DNA from: Candidatus Woesearchaeota archaeon
Lineage (GTDB): Archaea; Nanobdellota; Nanobdellia; Woesearchaeales; GW2011-AR15
Reading direction: 5' to 3'
NCBI GenBank assembly: GCA_016935095.1
Contig: JAFGRO010000003.1
Span: 5,702-69,701, forward strand
Length of the DNA: 64,000 nt
The notes under the pieces were generated by a model, which did no database searches, was not told the origin of the DNA, and was given only the letters and a program-made list of their open reading frames with translations. A program made the translations under genes and the position numbers. Positions 28,593-37,714 of the stretch are shown one piece after another (position 1 is the stretch's first letter; every line of letters starts with the position of its first letter).

Positions 28593-30086
28593 TTAATCAA
28601 GAGCACAGTTCAATCTGTATATTTTAGCAGATTTATTGTATTCCAGTGTAAAACAGTCATTATCAAAATAGGGCAGTTCCTGAACAAGATAATCTTCTTC
28701 AGCTTTCTCACTAAATAAAATATAATTAACATCATATTTAAGAAGCATCTGAAGAGCATTTATTTTATAATTAGTAGTGTACATAACAGAGGTATCATTA
28801 ATTCTTACATTTATATTTGGGATCAACAAAAAATTAGAATCAATAACGTTTTTTCTTTTACCAAAATAAGATAAAAGATGTCCTTCTCTTATTGTAGTCA
28901 GGATAACTGAGTTTTTATCAGTATTATTTTCAATCCATAAAAACGGCTCAATATCTTCGGAAGAGGGTGAATTTTCAATTGCCTCATAAGAATACAGTAT
29001 TCCTGGAAGAATTGAAGTTAAAGAAATTAGAATTAAAAATATTAAAATAAAAATATTCTGATATTTTGATATTTTGGTTTTTTTAATCAGCAGGTTGAAT
29101 TGTTTAATAAACAGCGCAGATAATATTGTAAGAGTTGTACTCAGGAAAACAAGTGCGTCAAGAATATTAATGAGTTTCAGCCAGGATAATAAAAAGATTG
29201 ACAAGCAAATTGAAATTAATAAATAACTTGTTTTGCTCTTTTTTTTAAACAGATAATTATATACAATAATCACCCCGAAAAGAAGTGGAACCAGGCCAAT
29301 TGAATAAATTGCTTCCCAAAGATTGATCTGTGTAAAATATCTATCAAACATAAACTGGGGGAGATTCTGCCATATCAATTTCAGACCATGCAACTGAAAA
29401 GCCTTTTTAAAAACAATAAAATTAGCCCACAAAAAGAAAAACAGACTAAACAGTATCAACTCCATTTCCTTTTTTGTATTTTTGATTTTTTCAAGATAAC
29501 AGAATAATAAATATATCAATAAACTAAATATTAACAAGAAACTCAAAGAGCTGCTTGCAATCAAAACAAACAATAGAATTAACAAATAACTTATACTGGT
29601 TGTTTCCTTCTCAAGGTTCATAAAAAAATAGATGAACAAGAAGGTACATGGCAAAACGATTGAATAAATATTGATACTATTTACAGTTTCAAATAATATT
29701 ATAGGGATAAAAGCAGACATTACGGCAGCCATCAAGGAACTATATTTATTCCTTGTAATCTGGAAACTTACCATATATATAACTATTATGCCTGTTGAGA
29801 TGAATAAATTCGGCAGGATTTTACCAACCAGAGCAGGCGGCAGAAATATTGTAAAAAAACTTAAAATATAATAATAAAGAGGCATGAATGATACTTCTCT
29901 GCCTCTATAACTTAGCTCATCTTCATAGAGGGGCATACCTGTTTTTTTAATATGTTCAATTTGCCGTAAAAAAAAATAGGAATTATCATCTGAAAAATAC
30001 TGTGTCTGAAAAGCAAAAAATAATCTTGTGAATAATGCAAATGAAAATATTAATACAAGTATTAATTCCGGCTTTTTAAGCTTCAT
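28593..30086 (-). CDS. GT-C-like polytopic membrane glycosyltransferase (ArnT/PMT-like)
   Basis: More than 10 TM helices; first loop FSDDNSYFFLRQIEHI; C-terminal soluble domain. Confidence 0.55.
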   Translation of the reverse strand: MKLKKPELILVLIFSFALFTRLFFAFQTQYFSDDNSYFFLRQIEHIKKTGMPLYEDELSYRGREVSFMPLYYYILSFFTIFLPPALVGKILPNLFISTGIIVIYMVSFQITRNKYSSLMAAVMSAFIPIILFETVNSINIYSIVLPCTFLFIYFFMNLEKETTSISYLLILLFVLIASSSLSFLLIFSLLIYLLFCYLEKIKNTKKEMELILFSLFFFLWANFIVFKKAFQLHGLKLIWQNLPQFMFDRYFTQINLWEAIYSIGLVPLLFGVIIVYNYLFKKKSKTSYLLISICLSIFLLSWLKLINILDALVFLSTTLTILSALFIKQFNLLIKKTKISKYQNIFILIFLILISLTSILPGILYSYEAIENSPSSEDIEPFLWIENNTDKNSVILTTIREGHLLSYFGKRKNVIDSNFLLIPNINVRINDTSVMYTTNYKINALQMLLKYDVNYILFSEKAEEDYLVQELPYFDNDCFTLEYNKSAKIYRLNCALD

Positions 30087-30184
30087 ACTTAATTAAAAAT
30101 TAATAAGACAATATAATTTTAACTGAAAAATACAGCAAATAAATGAAATTAATATAAACTAAAGAAAAATTCTTATATACAAAT

Positions 30185-30748
30185 ATGAAAAAAAGTATTA
30201 AAAAAAGGAAATATAAGAAATTATTTCAAGGCAAAGTATTTAAAAGGATAATTATCGGAACAATATTAGTTATTTTAGCTTCTTTTTTTATTAATATATG
30301 GGTTCTTGTGTTCATGATTATTGTAATTATTTTTAATGCGAAATTAGCGTTATTTCAGTTACAAAAAGGTTTGCCGAGTGATTTTGAGTTATCTACTTTT
30401 TCAACAATTGTTATGACACAGGCTTTTGGACTTAAAATAGGTATTTTTACAGCGGTGTTTACAAAAGTAATTGCTTCAATATACAGCGGATATGTAATCG
30501 CGGATCATTTTGTGATGATAGGCACATACATTCTGGCTGCTATTGTTGCCTCGTTTTTTAGAGGTGCAAATACATTTACATTAGGTTTGATAATTGTAGT
30601 CATGAATAACATTATTATGTTCATGGTTTCAAAAAATCTTCTCAGAATAGACCATACTGCTAACATTTCATATACTTTAACAAACTTCTCATTTAATTTA
30701 ATAGTTTTTTCTGTTTTTGGGAATATTATCCCTCCTTTACTTGTTTAA
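30185..30748 (+). CDS. membrane protein, unknown function
   Basis: 187 aa, Lys-rich N-terminus, 5-6 TM helices. Confidence 0.5.
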   Translation: MKKSIKKRKYKKLFQGKVFKRIIIGTILVILASFFINIWVLVFMIIVIIFNAKLALFQLQKGLPSDFELSTFSTIVMTQAFGLKIGIFTAVFTKVIASIYSGYVIADHFVMIGTYILAAIVASFFRGANTFTLGLIIVVMNNIIMFMVSKNLLRIDHTANISYTLTNFSFNLIVFSVFGNIIPPLLV

Positions 30749-30778
30749 AAAGTGGAATATAGTGCAGAAAGAAATATT

Positions 30779-31729
30779 TTATTTATTAGTAAGATACCAC
30801 TCAACAAATCTTTTCATGCCTTCTTCAATTTTAATTTCAGGCTTATAATTCAGAATCTTTTTTGCCTTAGATACATCCGCATATGTCAAAGGAACATCTC
30901 CCATTGGCATTGGCTTTTGGATTATTTTTGCCTTTTTATTTAATATTTTCTCAATCACAGAAATAAATTCAGTTAATTTTATTGGATTCGAATTCCCGAG
31001 ATTTATTATCTCGAATTTATTCTCTTTTTCCATTGCGCTCAATATTCCGTTGACAATATCCGCTATGTAAGTATAGTCTCTTTTTGAAGAGCCATCCCCG
31101 AACCTTTCAACAGGCTTGTTATTATCAATAAGGTCTACAAATTTATAAGGTGCCATATCCGGTCTTCCCCTGGGACCATATACTGTAAAAAACCGCAGAC
31201 AGGTTATATTCAGATTATACAAACTACTGTAAGTCCTGCACAAGAGCTCGCCTGCTTTTTTTGATGATGCATATGGACTTACCTGGCTGTCGGTCCTGTC
31301 CTCTTCAGAAAAAGGTATTTTTTTATTTTTCCCGTATACGCTTGAAGAAGAGCCAAATATGAAATTCCTGATTTTAAACTCATTGGCTAATTCCAGAAGA
31401 TTTAAAGTGCCATTTACATTAACCTCAAAGTATAATCTCGGATTCTCAAGAGATGCTCGAACACCCGCCCGTGCAGCAAGATGGATTATTTTATCAGGAG
31501 AATTTTTCTTAAAGATTTTTTTTAAATTATCATAGTCAAGAATATCTGCCCTGAATAGTTTAAAATTCCCGTTATTTAAAAAAGCCCTGATGTTTTTTTC
31601 TTTTATCTTCGGATTATAATAATCATTAAAATTATCAACAGCAAGCACAAAATAATTTTTTTCCAGTAATTTTTCACAAACATGACTGCCTATAAACCCG
31701 GCTGCCCCTGTCACTAGAATCTTTTCCAT
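30779..31729 (-). CDS. NAD-dependent sugar epimerase, UDP-glucuronate 4-epimerase-like
   Basis: Start moved to MEKILVTGAAGFIGSH (abuts upstream gene end 31732); DNFNDYYNPKIKEKN; YASSKK catalytic motif. Confidence 0.85.
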   Translation of the reverse strand: MEKILVTGAAGFIGSHVCEKLLEKNYFVLAVDNFNDYYNPKIKEKNIRAFLNNGNFKLFRADILDYDNLKKIFKKNSPDKIIHLAARAGVRASLENPRLYFEVNVNGTLNLLELANEFKIRNFIFGSSSSVYGKNKKIPFSEEDRTDSQVSPYASSKKAGELLCRTYSSLYNLNITCLRFFTVYGPRGRPDMAPYKFVDLIDNNKPVERFGDGSSKRDYTYIADIVNGILSAMEKENKFEIINLGNSNPIKLTEFISVIEKILNKKAKIIQKPMPMGDVPLTYADVSKAKKILNYKPEIKIEEGMKRFVEWYLTNK

Positions 31730-31731
31730 TT

Positions 31732-32073
31732 TCACCTTACAATAAAATATATGCCTGCAATTATTAATAAAATCCCTGTCCATTTAAAAATATTCAGTTT
31801 TTCTTTTAAAAATTTTTTAGATAATAAAGCAGTCCATATATAAGACAAAGAAGTCAAAGGGTATATAATTGTTAGTTCACCCATCTTAAGGGAAATAATA
31901 TAAAAGATTGTTGAAAAACAGTATAAAAACAAACCAAGTAATAAATTAAAATTTTTTATTAATTCTTTAATTGAAAATTTGACTTTGGCTGAACCTAGTT
32001 TCAAAAAAAGCGCGCCTGCTGAACCTATTAAAGTGGCAATAGACACTAATAAAATTGCAATAATATTGATCAT
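31732..32073 (-). CDS. half-size EamA/DMT membrane protein, ArnE/ArnF-like
   Basis: 113 aa, 4 TM; YPLTSLSYIWTALLS..KWTGILLIIAGIYF. Confidence 0.65.
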   Translation of the reverse strand: MINIIAILLVSIATLIGSAGALFLKLGSAKVKFSIKELIKNFNLLLGLFLYCFSTIFYIISLKMGELTIIYPLTSLSYIWTALLSKKFLKEKLNIFKWTGILLIIAGIYFIVR

Positions 32074-32426
32074 TTTTTACTACCCAACCCTATTGAGGAA
32101 ATCCCGCAAACAATCAAAAACATACCCTGGATTTTGTTCAAAGCAAAAGACTCATTTAAATAAAAAACTGAAATCAAAGTTACCCAGATAAAACTCATTG
32201 AAATCATCGGGTAAACAATTGAAAGCTCGCCTTTTTTCAGAGCAATAACCAGGATTAATGCTCCCACAAAATAAAAAATAAAAGCTGGATATAACCAGTA
32301 ATTGGTTATTAATCTCATTATATCAAACTCAAAATTCCGTGAGGATAATTTAAAAAATACCTGACCAAAAGAAGTAAAAAGAGTACATATTATCATTAAA
32401 ATGATGATTTTTTTATTTGAACTCAT
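32070..32426 (-). CDS. half-size EamA/DMT membrane protein, ArnE/ArnF-like
   Basis: 118 aa, 4 TM; YPMISMSFIWVTLIS..KIQGMFLIVCGI; 4-nt overlap with its paralogue. Confidence 0.65.
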   Translation of the reverse strand: MSSNKKIIILMIICTLFTSFGQVFFKLSSRNFEFDIMRLITNYWLYPAFIFYFVGALILVIALKKGELSIVYPMISMSFIWVTLISVFYLNESFALNKIQGMFLIVCGISSIGLGSKK

Positions 32427-32431
32427 TTCAT

Positions 32432-35296
32432 TTAAGGATTCCAGTTAACCTTCCACACAATTATTCTCTGGCCCTGAACATCTGTAATATCACTGAATTT
32501 TTCAAAATGTTTTAAACCAAAACCGTCTAAATAAAACAGCCTGGTAAACATGCTCCCTGTTAATTCAGGTGACATTAATATCATCTGATAAGTTCCTGTT
32601 TGATTGAGCAGTACAATGGATAAATCATTTGGCAGTTTGTCTTTTTCATATTCTTTAACTATAAATTCATCATCTTTAATATACCCGAATTTTGCCGGAT
32701 GCATAATCTGGTTGTCCTGTGTATCAATATATGCTTCATCTTCTTCAATATCAATACTCAGGGGGATGTATTGATTTCCTCCTGCAGGAAGATTGCAGAT
32801 AATTGTCTTATTATTCTTTTTTGAACAACCTGTAATGCCACCGTAACTTGGCCATGCGGCAATCCAGTCATTCACTGCCCTATCTGTTCTAAGCTGCATT
32901 AATTCATTTTCATACATTTTTCTTGCATCTTCCTCTGAATAATCAAACTCATTAACCAATGCCTGGATAAATTCATTTTTGGTTTTGCTCTGGTAATAAT
33001 AATAAATCTTTGCTCTTTCAAAACTCCATATGCCGAAATGCGCCCACACACCAGATTTACCTACCATATCCTCGCTTGTAATAAAATAATTCTCAGGCGG
33101 TTCGCAATGCGTTAATTCTAATATTTCAGCAGCTTTTTCCTCACCAGCATATTTTTCAAGCACTTTCTCAGCTTTAGTTTTATCCAGTAATATAATCTCA
33201 TTCAAGACATCAATGGTTTTTATCATGTCTCCTGTTTCTTCATTTAATACCTCAAAAGCACTGTTGCTGCCGCAGTCAAGCATCCTTAATATCCCTATAG
33301 CCATGTCTTCATCATCTGTTAATAAAGCCTTGCCTATCCAGTGAGCCATAGGTCTGTTTTGTGATGCACCATCAAATGTTACTCTCCTATCTGCTAAATA
33401 TTTAAACCAATGCCCAAAGTCCCACCAAGAATTAACTATTGCATCCTGGCTTGATTCCTGCTTAATTTTTGTTAATGTATCATACCAGCCATCATTGACA
33501 TGTGGCATATATTGCCTTGCAACTCTCTGCCCTGCTTTTATCGGGTTAACTAACAGGATCAAAAGGAGGGTTATTACAATTATTTTTGAAATTGTTTTAT
33601 TTATATAAAGCTGGTTTGATGCAAATTTAACCAAAAAATCATAAGCAAGGCCAATTGATATTGAAAATGCAATTGCAAAGGGCGGGACTAACAGCAAAAT
33701 AAAACGTATTCCTTTTGAAGCAGCATATATTGTAGCCAAAAACCAGGTTATAAGCAAAATAGCATATTTTATGTCAATCTTATACTTAAATATTATTGAC
33801 AGGTAGATTCCGACTAATATAGGGACAGACAGCAATAAAAGGAACAATAAAAGATTCATTCCCGTATTGTTAATAAAAAGAACAAACCATATCAAAGATC
33901 CTGATAAATAAATCAGGTTTATTATTTTTTGTTTTTTAAAATCAACTAAAGTGCTGATAATGCCCATAAGGGCAATAACAAAAAAGAATCTGCTTCCCAC
34001 ACCATCTATGGTCTCTCCAAGCGAAGCTGGATTGAGTTCTGCTACTGTCGTATAAACATTCGGCCACAGACTTGCGCCTCTTGCAGCTTCTTTTAACCTG
34101 GTAATTCTCATTGGTTTGTTCACTAAATCAAAAAGCTCATTTGATTTGCCGAAAAGAGCTAATGAAACACCGGAAAAAAACAGAAAAATAAACAAGATTA
34201 ATAGTATATTTTTCACTTCAGCTTCAAAAAAGGACAAAGGTTTTTTTCTAATAGATTTAAAATGAAAAACAAGATGATACATCAGATAGAAAACAAGACT
34301 TCCAATCAGGAAATAAAAGATGTACCACCAGCCGGTCCATGCAAAACTGTAAAATCCAATAAAAAATCCTGACAAAGCTGCATAAATGAGCTTATTTCTT
34401 CTTTTTTCAGATGTAATTGACCATATAAAAAAGAACAGGATTATCAATGGAAAAACAATATTAACAATATCATTGTCACTTCCCAAAGATCTGCTTAAAA
34501 CATTGGGGTGTGTAGCAATTATCATCGCTGCAAAAAATCCGCCGATATTACCTGCAAGTTTTTTCCCAACTAAAAAAGCAACAATAATTGCAATTGTTGA
34601 TATAAACAAAGGTGTTAAAAATGCTGCCTGCATATATGTCATCTTGGGCTCAAAAAGCTTTAAAAGTTTATAATCAATTGCCTCAATGTAGGGATAGAGA
34701 TTATGGTCGGCAAATGTGCCGAGAGGAGCTATCATGTAAGTGTCATAGTTTTTGCCCTGCCTTATCTCATCACCATAATGGCCTTTTTCAACGATATTAC
34801 GGGCATACCTCATGTAAAAATAAGAATCAATATCCCCCAGGTAGGTATAGCCGTTCTCATCTTTGAACTTGGATTTTAGAAACTCAGAATTTTGCTTGAC
34901 TGCCTGCTCTACAGCGTCTTTTTGCTGATTCAGGATAATATTAAACCTTTCATTGATAAGAGCATCTTTATTTTGCTGAGGCAGATTAGGATATTCCGAG
35001 TTAACCTGGTTGGCAATATCACTTCTTATATAGTTGTAGACAGATTGTGTTGCGAAATCGTCTGTGATCGGCAGATAATTGGGATATAACCTAAAATGAA
35101 TATTAAGAATAATCGGAATCAGAACAAGCAGAAAAACACTGTATTTCGCAAAAACACTTATCAGTTTTTTTGAATCAATTGTTATTTCTTCTTCAGTTTC
35201 CTTAGATTTGGTCTTTTTAGCTTGCTTGGAACCTTTAAAAAATTTCAAAATTTTACTGAAATCAATTGTCAATTCTTCTTCAGATTTCTTGGACAT
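32432..35296 (-). CDS. aglB: archaeal oligosaccharyltransferase AglB (STT3)
   Basis: 13-TM N-terminal half and catalytic motif WWDFGHW (WWDYG); large C-terminal globular domain. Confidence 0.9.
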   Translation of the reverse strand: MSKKSEEELTIDFSKILKFFKGSKQAKKTKSKETEEEITIDSKKLISVFAKYSVFLLVLIPIILNIHFRLYPNYLPITDDFATQSVYNYIRSDIANQVNSEYPNLPQQNKDALINERFNIILNQQKDAVEQAVKQNSEFLKSKFKDENGYTYLGDIDSYFYMRYARNIVEKGHYGDEIRQGKNYDTYMIAPLGTFADHNLYPYIEAIDYKLLKLFEPKMTYMQAAFLTPLFISTIAIIVAFLVGKKLAGNIGGFFAAMIIATHPNVLSRSLGSDNDIVNIVFPLIILFFFIWSITSEKRRNKLIYAALSGFFIGFYSFAWTGWWYIFYFLIGSLVFYLMYHLVFHFKSIRKKPLSFFEAEVKNILLILFIFLFFSGVSLALFGKSNELFDLVNKPMRITRLKEAARGASLWPNVYTTVAELNPASLGETIDGVGSRFFFVIALMGIISTLVDFKKQKIINLIYLSGSLIWFVLFINNTGMNLLLFLLLLSVPILVGIYLSIIFKYKIDIKYAILLITWFLATIYAASKGIRFILLLVPPFAIAFSISIGLAYDFLVKFASNQLYINKTISKIIVITLLLILLVNPIKAGQRVARQYMPHVNDGWYDTLTKIKQESSQDAIVNSWWDFGHWFKYLADRRVTFDGASQNRPMAHWIGKALLTDDEDMAIGILRMLDCGSNSAFEVLNEETGDMIKTIDVLNEIILLDKTKAEKVLEKYAGEEKAAEILELTHCEPPENYFITSEDMVGKSGVWAHFGIWSFERAKIYYYYQSKTKNEFIQALVNEFDYSEEDARKMYENELMQLRTDRAVNDWIAAWPSYGGITGCSKKNNKTIICNLPAGGNQYIPLSIDIEEDEAYIDTQDNQIMHPAKFGYIKDDEFIVKEYEKDKLPNDLSIVLLNQTGTYQMILMSPELTGSMFTRLFYLDGFGLKHFEKFSDITDVQGQRIIVWKVNWNP

Positions 35297-35381
35297 GAGC
35301 TTACCTTTTTCAATAAATGAGGTTTTAAAAACTAAGAAGGTATTTAAAATTTATGATATTGTTAAGTTAAGTGTCTAATTG

Positions 35382-35495
35382 AGTATTTTTTTGAAAAAAT
35401 AATAATAATGGCACAGACGGATTTTATTCTAAAATCCTATTCCGATTTTCTGCGAAAAACTCCATCTGGCCATTATTATTTTTTCCTAGAATACT
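35382..35495. repeat. about 114-bp imperfect palindrome with nested hairpins (MITE-like or structured RNA)
   Basis: GAAAAAATAATAATAATGGC (35393-35412) pairs with GCCATTATTATTTTTTCC (35469-35486); CAGACGGA/TCCATCTG; inner perfect GGATTTTA-TTC-TAAAATCC (35419-35437). Confidence 0.5.
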
Positions 35496-35586
35496 TATTT
35501 TGGTTATAGAAATTGTATACTCAAATGTTTATTTTAAAGATATATATTCAATTAAAAATATAAATCTAACATAAATTCTTCAGTTA

Positions 35587-36789
35587 ATGGATTATAAAAA
35601 AGAGTATTTTACTATTTTTACCATTATGGTTACAGAAGTTCTCGGTTTTTCTTTGATTTTGCCATTTCTTCCGTTTTATGCTCAGGATCTTGGGGCCTCT
35701 CCTTTTGTAGTAGGTCTTTTATTAACCTGTTTTTCTTTTTTTCAGTTCTTATCTGCTCCGATAATGGGCAGGTTAAGTGACCATTACGGCAGAAAGCCTT
35801 TGCTGTTTTTTTCCCAGCTCTCTACTTTTATAAGTTTCTTGGTCCTTGGCTTTTCCAATTCATTATGGATGATTTTTTTATCCAGGATCATTGATGGCCT
35901 GCTTGGAAGTAATTTTACAATAGCCCAGGCTTATTTAAGCGATATATCCTCAAAAAAAAACAGAAGCAAAGCATTTGGATTAAGCGGAGCTGCTTTCGGC
36001 ATTGGATTCTTGATTGGGCCTGCAACTGGCGGATTCTTATCACAGTATGGTTATGGTGTTCCTGCTTTTATTGCCGCAGGAATGTCGTTTATAACAATTT
36101 TAACAACAATATTCCTGCTTCCGGAAACAGTAAAAAGAAAAAAAGATGTGAAAATTAATTTAAAAATATTTCATTTTAATGATTTTAAAAAATATTTTTC
36201 AAATAAAAAAATCTCTCCAAAACTAGGTACCTTTTTCTCTTATATTCTGACTCATGTAATCTGGGTAAGTTTAAGTGCCTTATATGCTGAAAGGCAATTA
36301 GGATTTAATGCACAGGACATGGGCTTTTATTTAACTTACGTAGGTTTAATAAGTGTTATTCTAAGAGGGTTTTTATTAGGAAGATTGATTGATTTTTTTG
36401 GAGAAAAAAAGCTACAGTTTTTCGGCGCAGCTTCAATGATTCTTGGCTTATTAGCAGCATCAATTATCAAAGAGCCGTGGATGTTTCTTGTTGTAATGAC
36501 CTTTTTTGCATCAGGCTCAGGCCTCTTAAGACCTTTATTAATAGGGTCTGTCTCAAGGCTTGGTTCAGAAAAAGAACAGGGTGCTTTGATGGGAGTAACA
36601 AATTCCCTTGGGAGCTTAGCACAAATATTCGGGCCGATGATCGGCGGTGCTGTAATCAATTATTTATTTCCGGGCTGCCTTGGATTGGTGGCAGGGTTTG
36701 TTATGGTTATTGGATTAGTGATGATGGCAAGGGAAGAGAAAAGAAAGAACAATAAAAGAGTAAATAAAGAAAGTGTTCAATATTACTAA
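35587..36789 (+). CDS. MFS transporter (drug/H+ antiporter-like)
   Basis: 12 TM; motif A GRLSDHYGRKPLL. Confidence 0.85.
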   Translation: MDYKKEYFTIFTIMVTEVLGFSLILPFLPFYAQDLGASPFVVGLLLTCFSFFQFLSAPIMGRLSDHYGRKPLLFFSQLSTFISFLVLGFSNSLWMIFLSRIIDGLLGSNFTIAQAYLSDISSKKNRSKAFGLSGAAFGIGFLIGPATGGFLSQYGYGVPAFIAAGMSFITILTTIFLLPETVKRKKDVKINLKIFHFNDFKKYFSNKKISPKLGTFFSYILTHVIWVSLSALYAERQLGFNAQDMGFYLTYVGLISVILRGFLLGRLIDFFGEKKLQFFGAASMILGLLAASIIKEPWMFLVVMTFFASGSGLLRPLLIGSVSRLGSEKEQGALMGVTNSLGSLAQIFGPMIGGAVINYLFPGCLGLVAGFVMVIGLVMMAREEKRKNNKRVNKESVQYY

Positions 36790-36914
36790 CATATTTAAAT
36801 TTCAGAATAAGAATCAATTCTAATTGCAGCTTGTATATAAATCATATGTAAAAATGTCCAGTGAATAAGAGGACAATTTATCTCCTTAAAGCACTAGAAA
36901 GGAAGAGGAATTGC

Positions 36915-36941
36915 GCATAACAGATGCGCGCGATGTTATGC
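36915..36941. repeat. GC-rich mini-hairpin GCATAACA-N11-TGTTATGC
   Basis: 8-bp perfect stem; related module at 37468-37486. Confidence 0.6.
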
Positions 36942-36945
36942 TCAA

Positions 36946-36960
36946 TTTAGGAGACTTCTA
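36946..36960. repeat. left inverted repeat of cassette A (TTTAGGAGACTTCTA)
   Basis: 14/15 reverse-complement match to 37389-37403. Confidence 0.7.
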
Positions 36961-36986
36961 AAAATCCAAAAGAAATATATATTTAA
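36960..36986 (+). promoter_or_regulatory. BRE/TATA promoter of the 128-aa Cys-rich gene (leaderless)
   Basis: AAAAATCCAAAAGAAATATATATTTAA; TATA about 25 nt before ATG 37005; same 17-mer as 14215-14231. Confidence 0.4.
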
Positions 36987-37004
36987 TGTAATCTTTATTA
37001 CAAT

Positions 37005-37391
37005 ATGAAAAAGCTTGTTATTGTTCTAATTTGTATTATTTTATTATTTGGTACTTCTTTAGGTATTGTATATATTATTAAAAATAATCAAACCAAGAAT
37101 GAATGGAATGAAAGATTTAATAGATGCAAAGCATCAATTGATCATCAACGAGAGCACATTGAGGAATCTATTTCTTTTTATCATGAAGATGAAGATAAAG
37201 TTACATATTTACAAAATCAGTTAACTGAATTTAACGATTGTGTAAATAAAGGTGGTTGCTATACCTGTCAGCCTTGTAACTCTCGACCTAAATTAGTTTT
37301 TAGGAAATTTCTTTTGGATTTTTTTATAAAAGAAGGTAGCTGTACTGCTGACTGTGTTTATTTCTGTATGTATCATTCAGATTATTATTAG
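37005..37391 (+). CDS. small N-terminally anchored Cys-rich protein, unknown function
   Basis: Signal/anchor helix LVIVLICIILLFGTSLGIVYII; C-terminal CYTCQPC..CTADCVYFC. Confidence 0.55.
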   Translation: MKKLVIVLICIILLFGTSLGIVYIIKNNQTKNEWNERFNRCKASIDHQREHIEESISFYHEDEDKVTYLQNQLTEFNDCVNKGGCYTCQPCNSRPKLVFRKFLLDFFIKEGSCTADCVYFCMYHSDYY

Positions 37392-37403
37392 AAGTCCCCT
37401 AAA
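37389..37403. repeat. right inverted repeat of cassette A (TAGAAGTCCCCTAAA)
   Basis: Pairs with 36946-36960; begins on the TAG stop codon of the enclosed gene. Confidence 0.7.
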
Positions 37404-37492
37404 CTCTTCGGAATTTTTGGCTCCGTAAAAACGTCTTGCAGACTATTCCTGGTTTCTAATGAAAGAGCATAACAGCGCCATGTTATATCCAA

Positions 37493-37506
37493 TCAGAAAT
37501 CAACGC
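37493..37506. repeat. outer left inverted repeat of cassette B (TCAGAAATCAACGC)
   Basis: 14/14 reverse complement of 38314-38327. Confidence 0.75.
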
Positions 37507-37517
37507 TAATTAAAGGG

Positions 37518-37532
37518 GGGGCAAAAAGTTTA
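37518..37532. repeat. inner left inverted repeat of cassette B (GGGGCAAAAAGTTTA)
   Basis: 15/15 reverse complement of 38256-38270. Confidence 0.75.
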
Positions 37533-37570
37533 TTAATATGCTGTGGCTTTATCATTTAAAGGCGGAATAA

Positions 37571-37705
37571 ATGACAAAATATAAATGTACTATCTGCGAT
37601 TATATTTATGATGAAAGTAAGGAAAAGAACAAATGGAAAGACTTACCAGATAGCTGGGTTTGCCCGCTTTGTGGTGCACCCAAAACAGCATTTGAAAAAA
37701 TATAA
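37571..37705 (+). CDS. rubredoxin (shortened, 44 aa)
   Basis: Below the ORF-track size cutoff; MTKYKCTICDYIYDE...DLPDSWVCPLCGAPKTAFEKI has both CxxC knuckles and the rubredoxin core. Confidence 0.8.
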   Translation: MTKYKCTICDYIYDESKEKNKWKDLPDSWVCPLCGAPKTAFEKI

Positions 37706-37714
37706 AGGTGTACA

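Noticed and set aside
30779-31783. Long form of the epimerase ORF starting MDRDFINNCRHIFYCKVK
   Set aside because: The extension overlaps the preceding EamA-like gene. The conserved Rossmann N-terminus begins at MEKILVTGAAGFIGSH, so the start was moved to 31729.
36915-37506. Integron attC sites / CALIN-type cassette array
   Set aside because: The GCATAAC...GTTATGC hairpins superficially recall R''/R' (..AAC/GTT..) cores. However, they are only 19-27 bp long, whereas attC sites are roughly 57-141 bp. They lack L boxes and extrahelical bases. They do not fit RYYYAAC/GTTRRRY cleanly. The long-range repeats bracket the genes as inverted repeats rather than forming a 3' attC. No intI is present.
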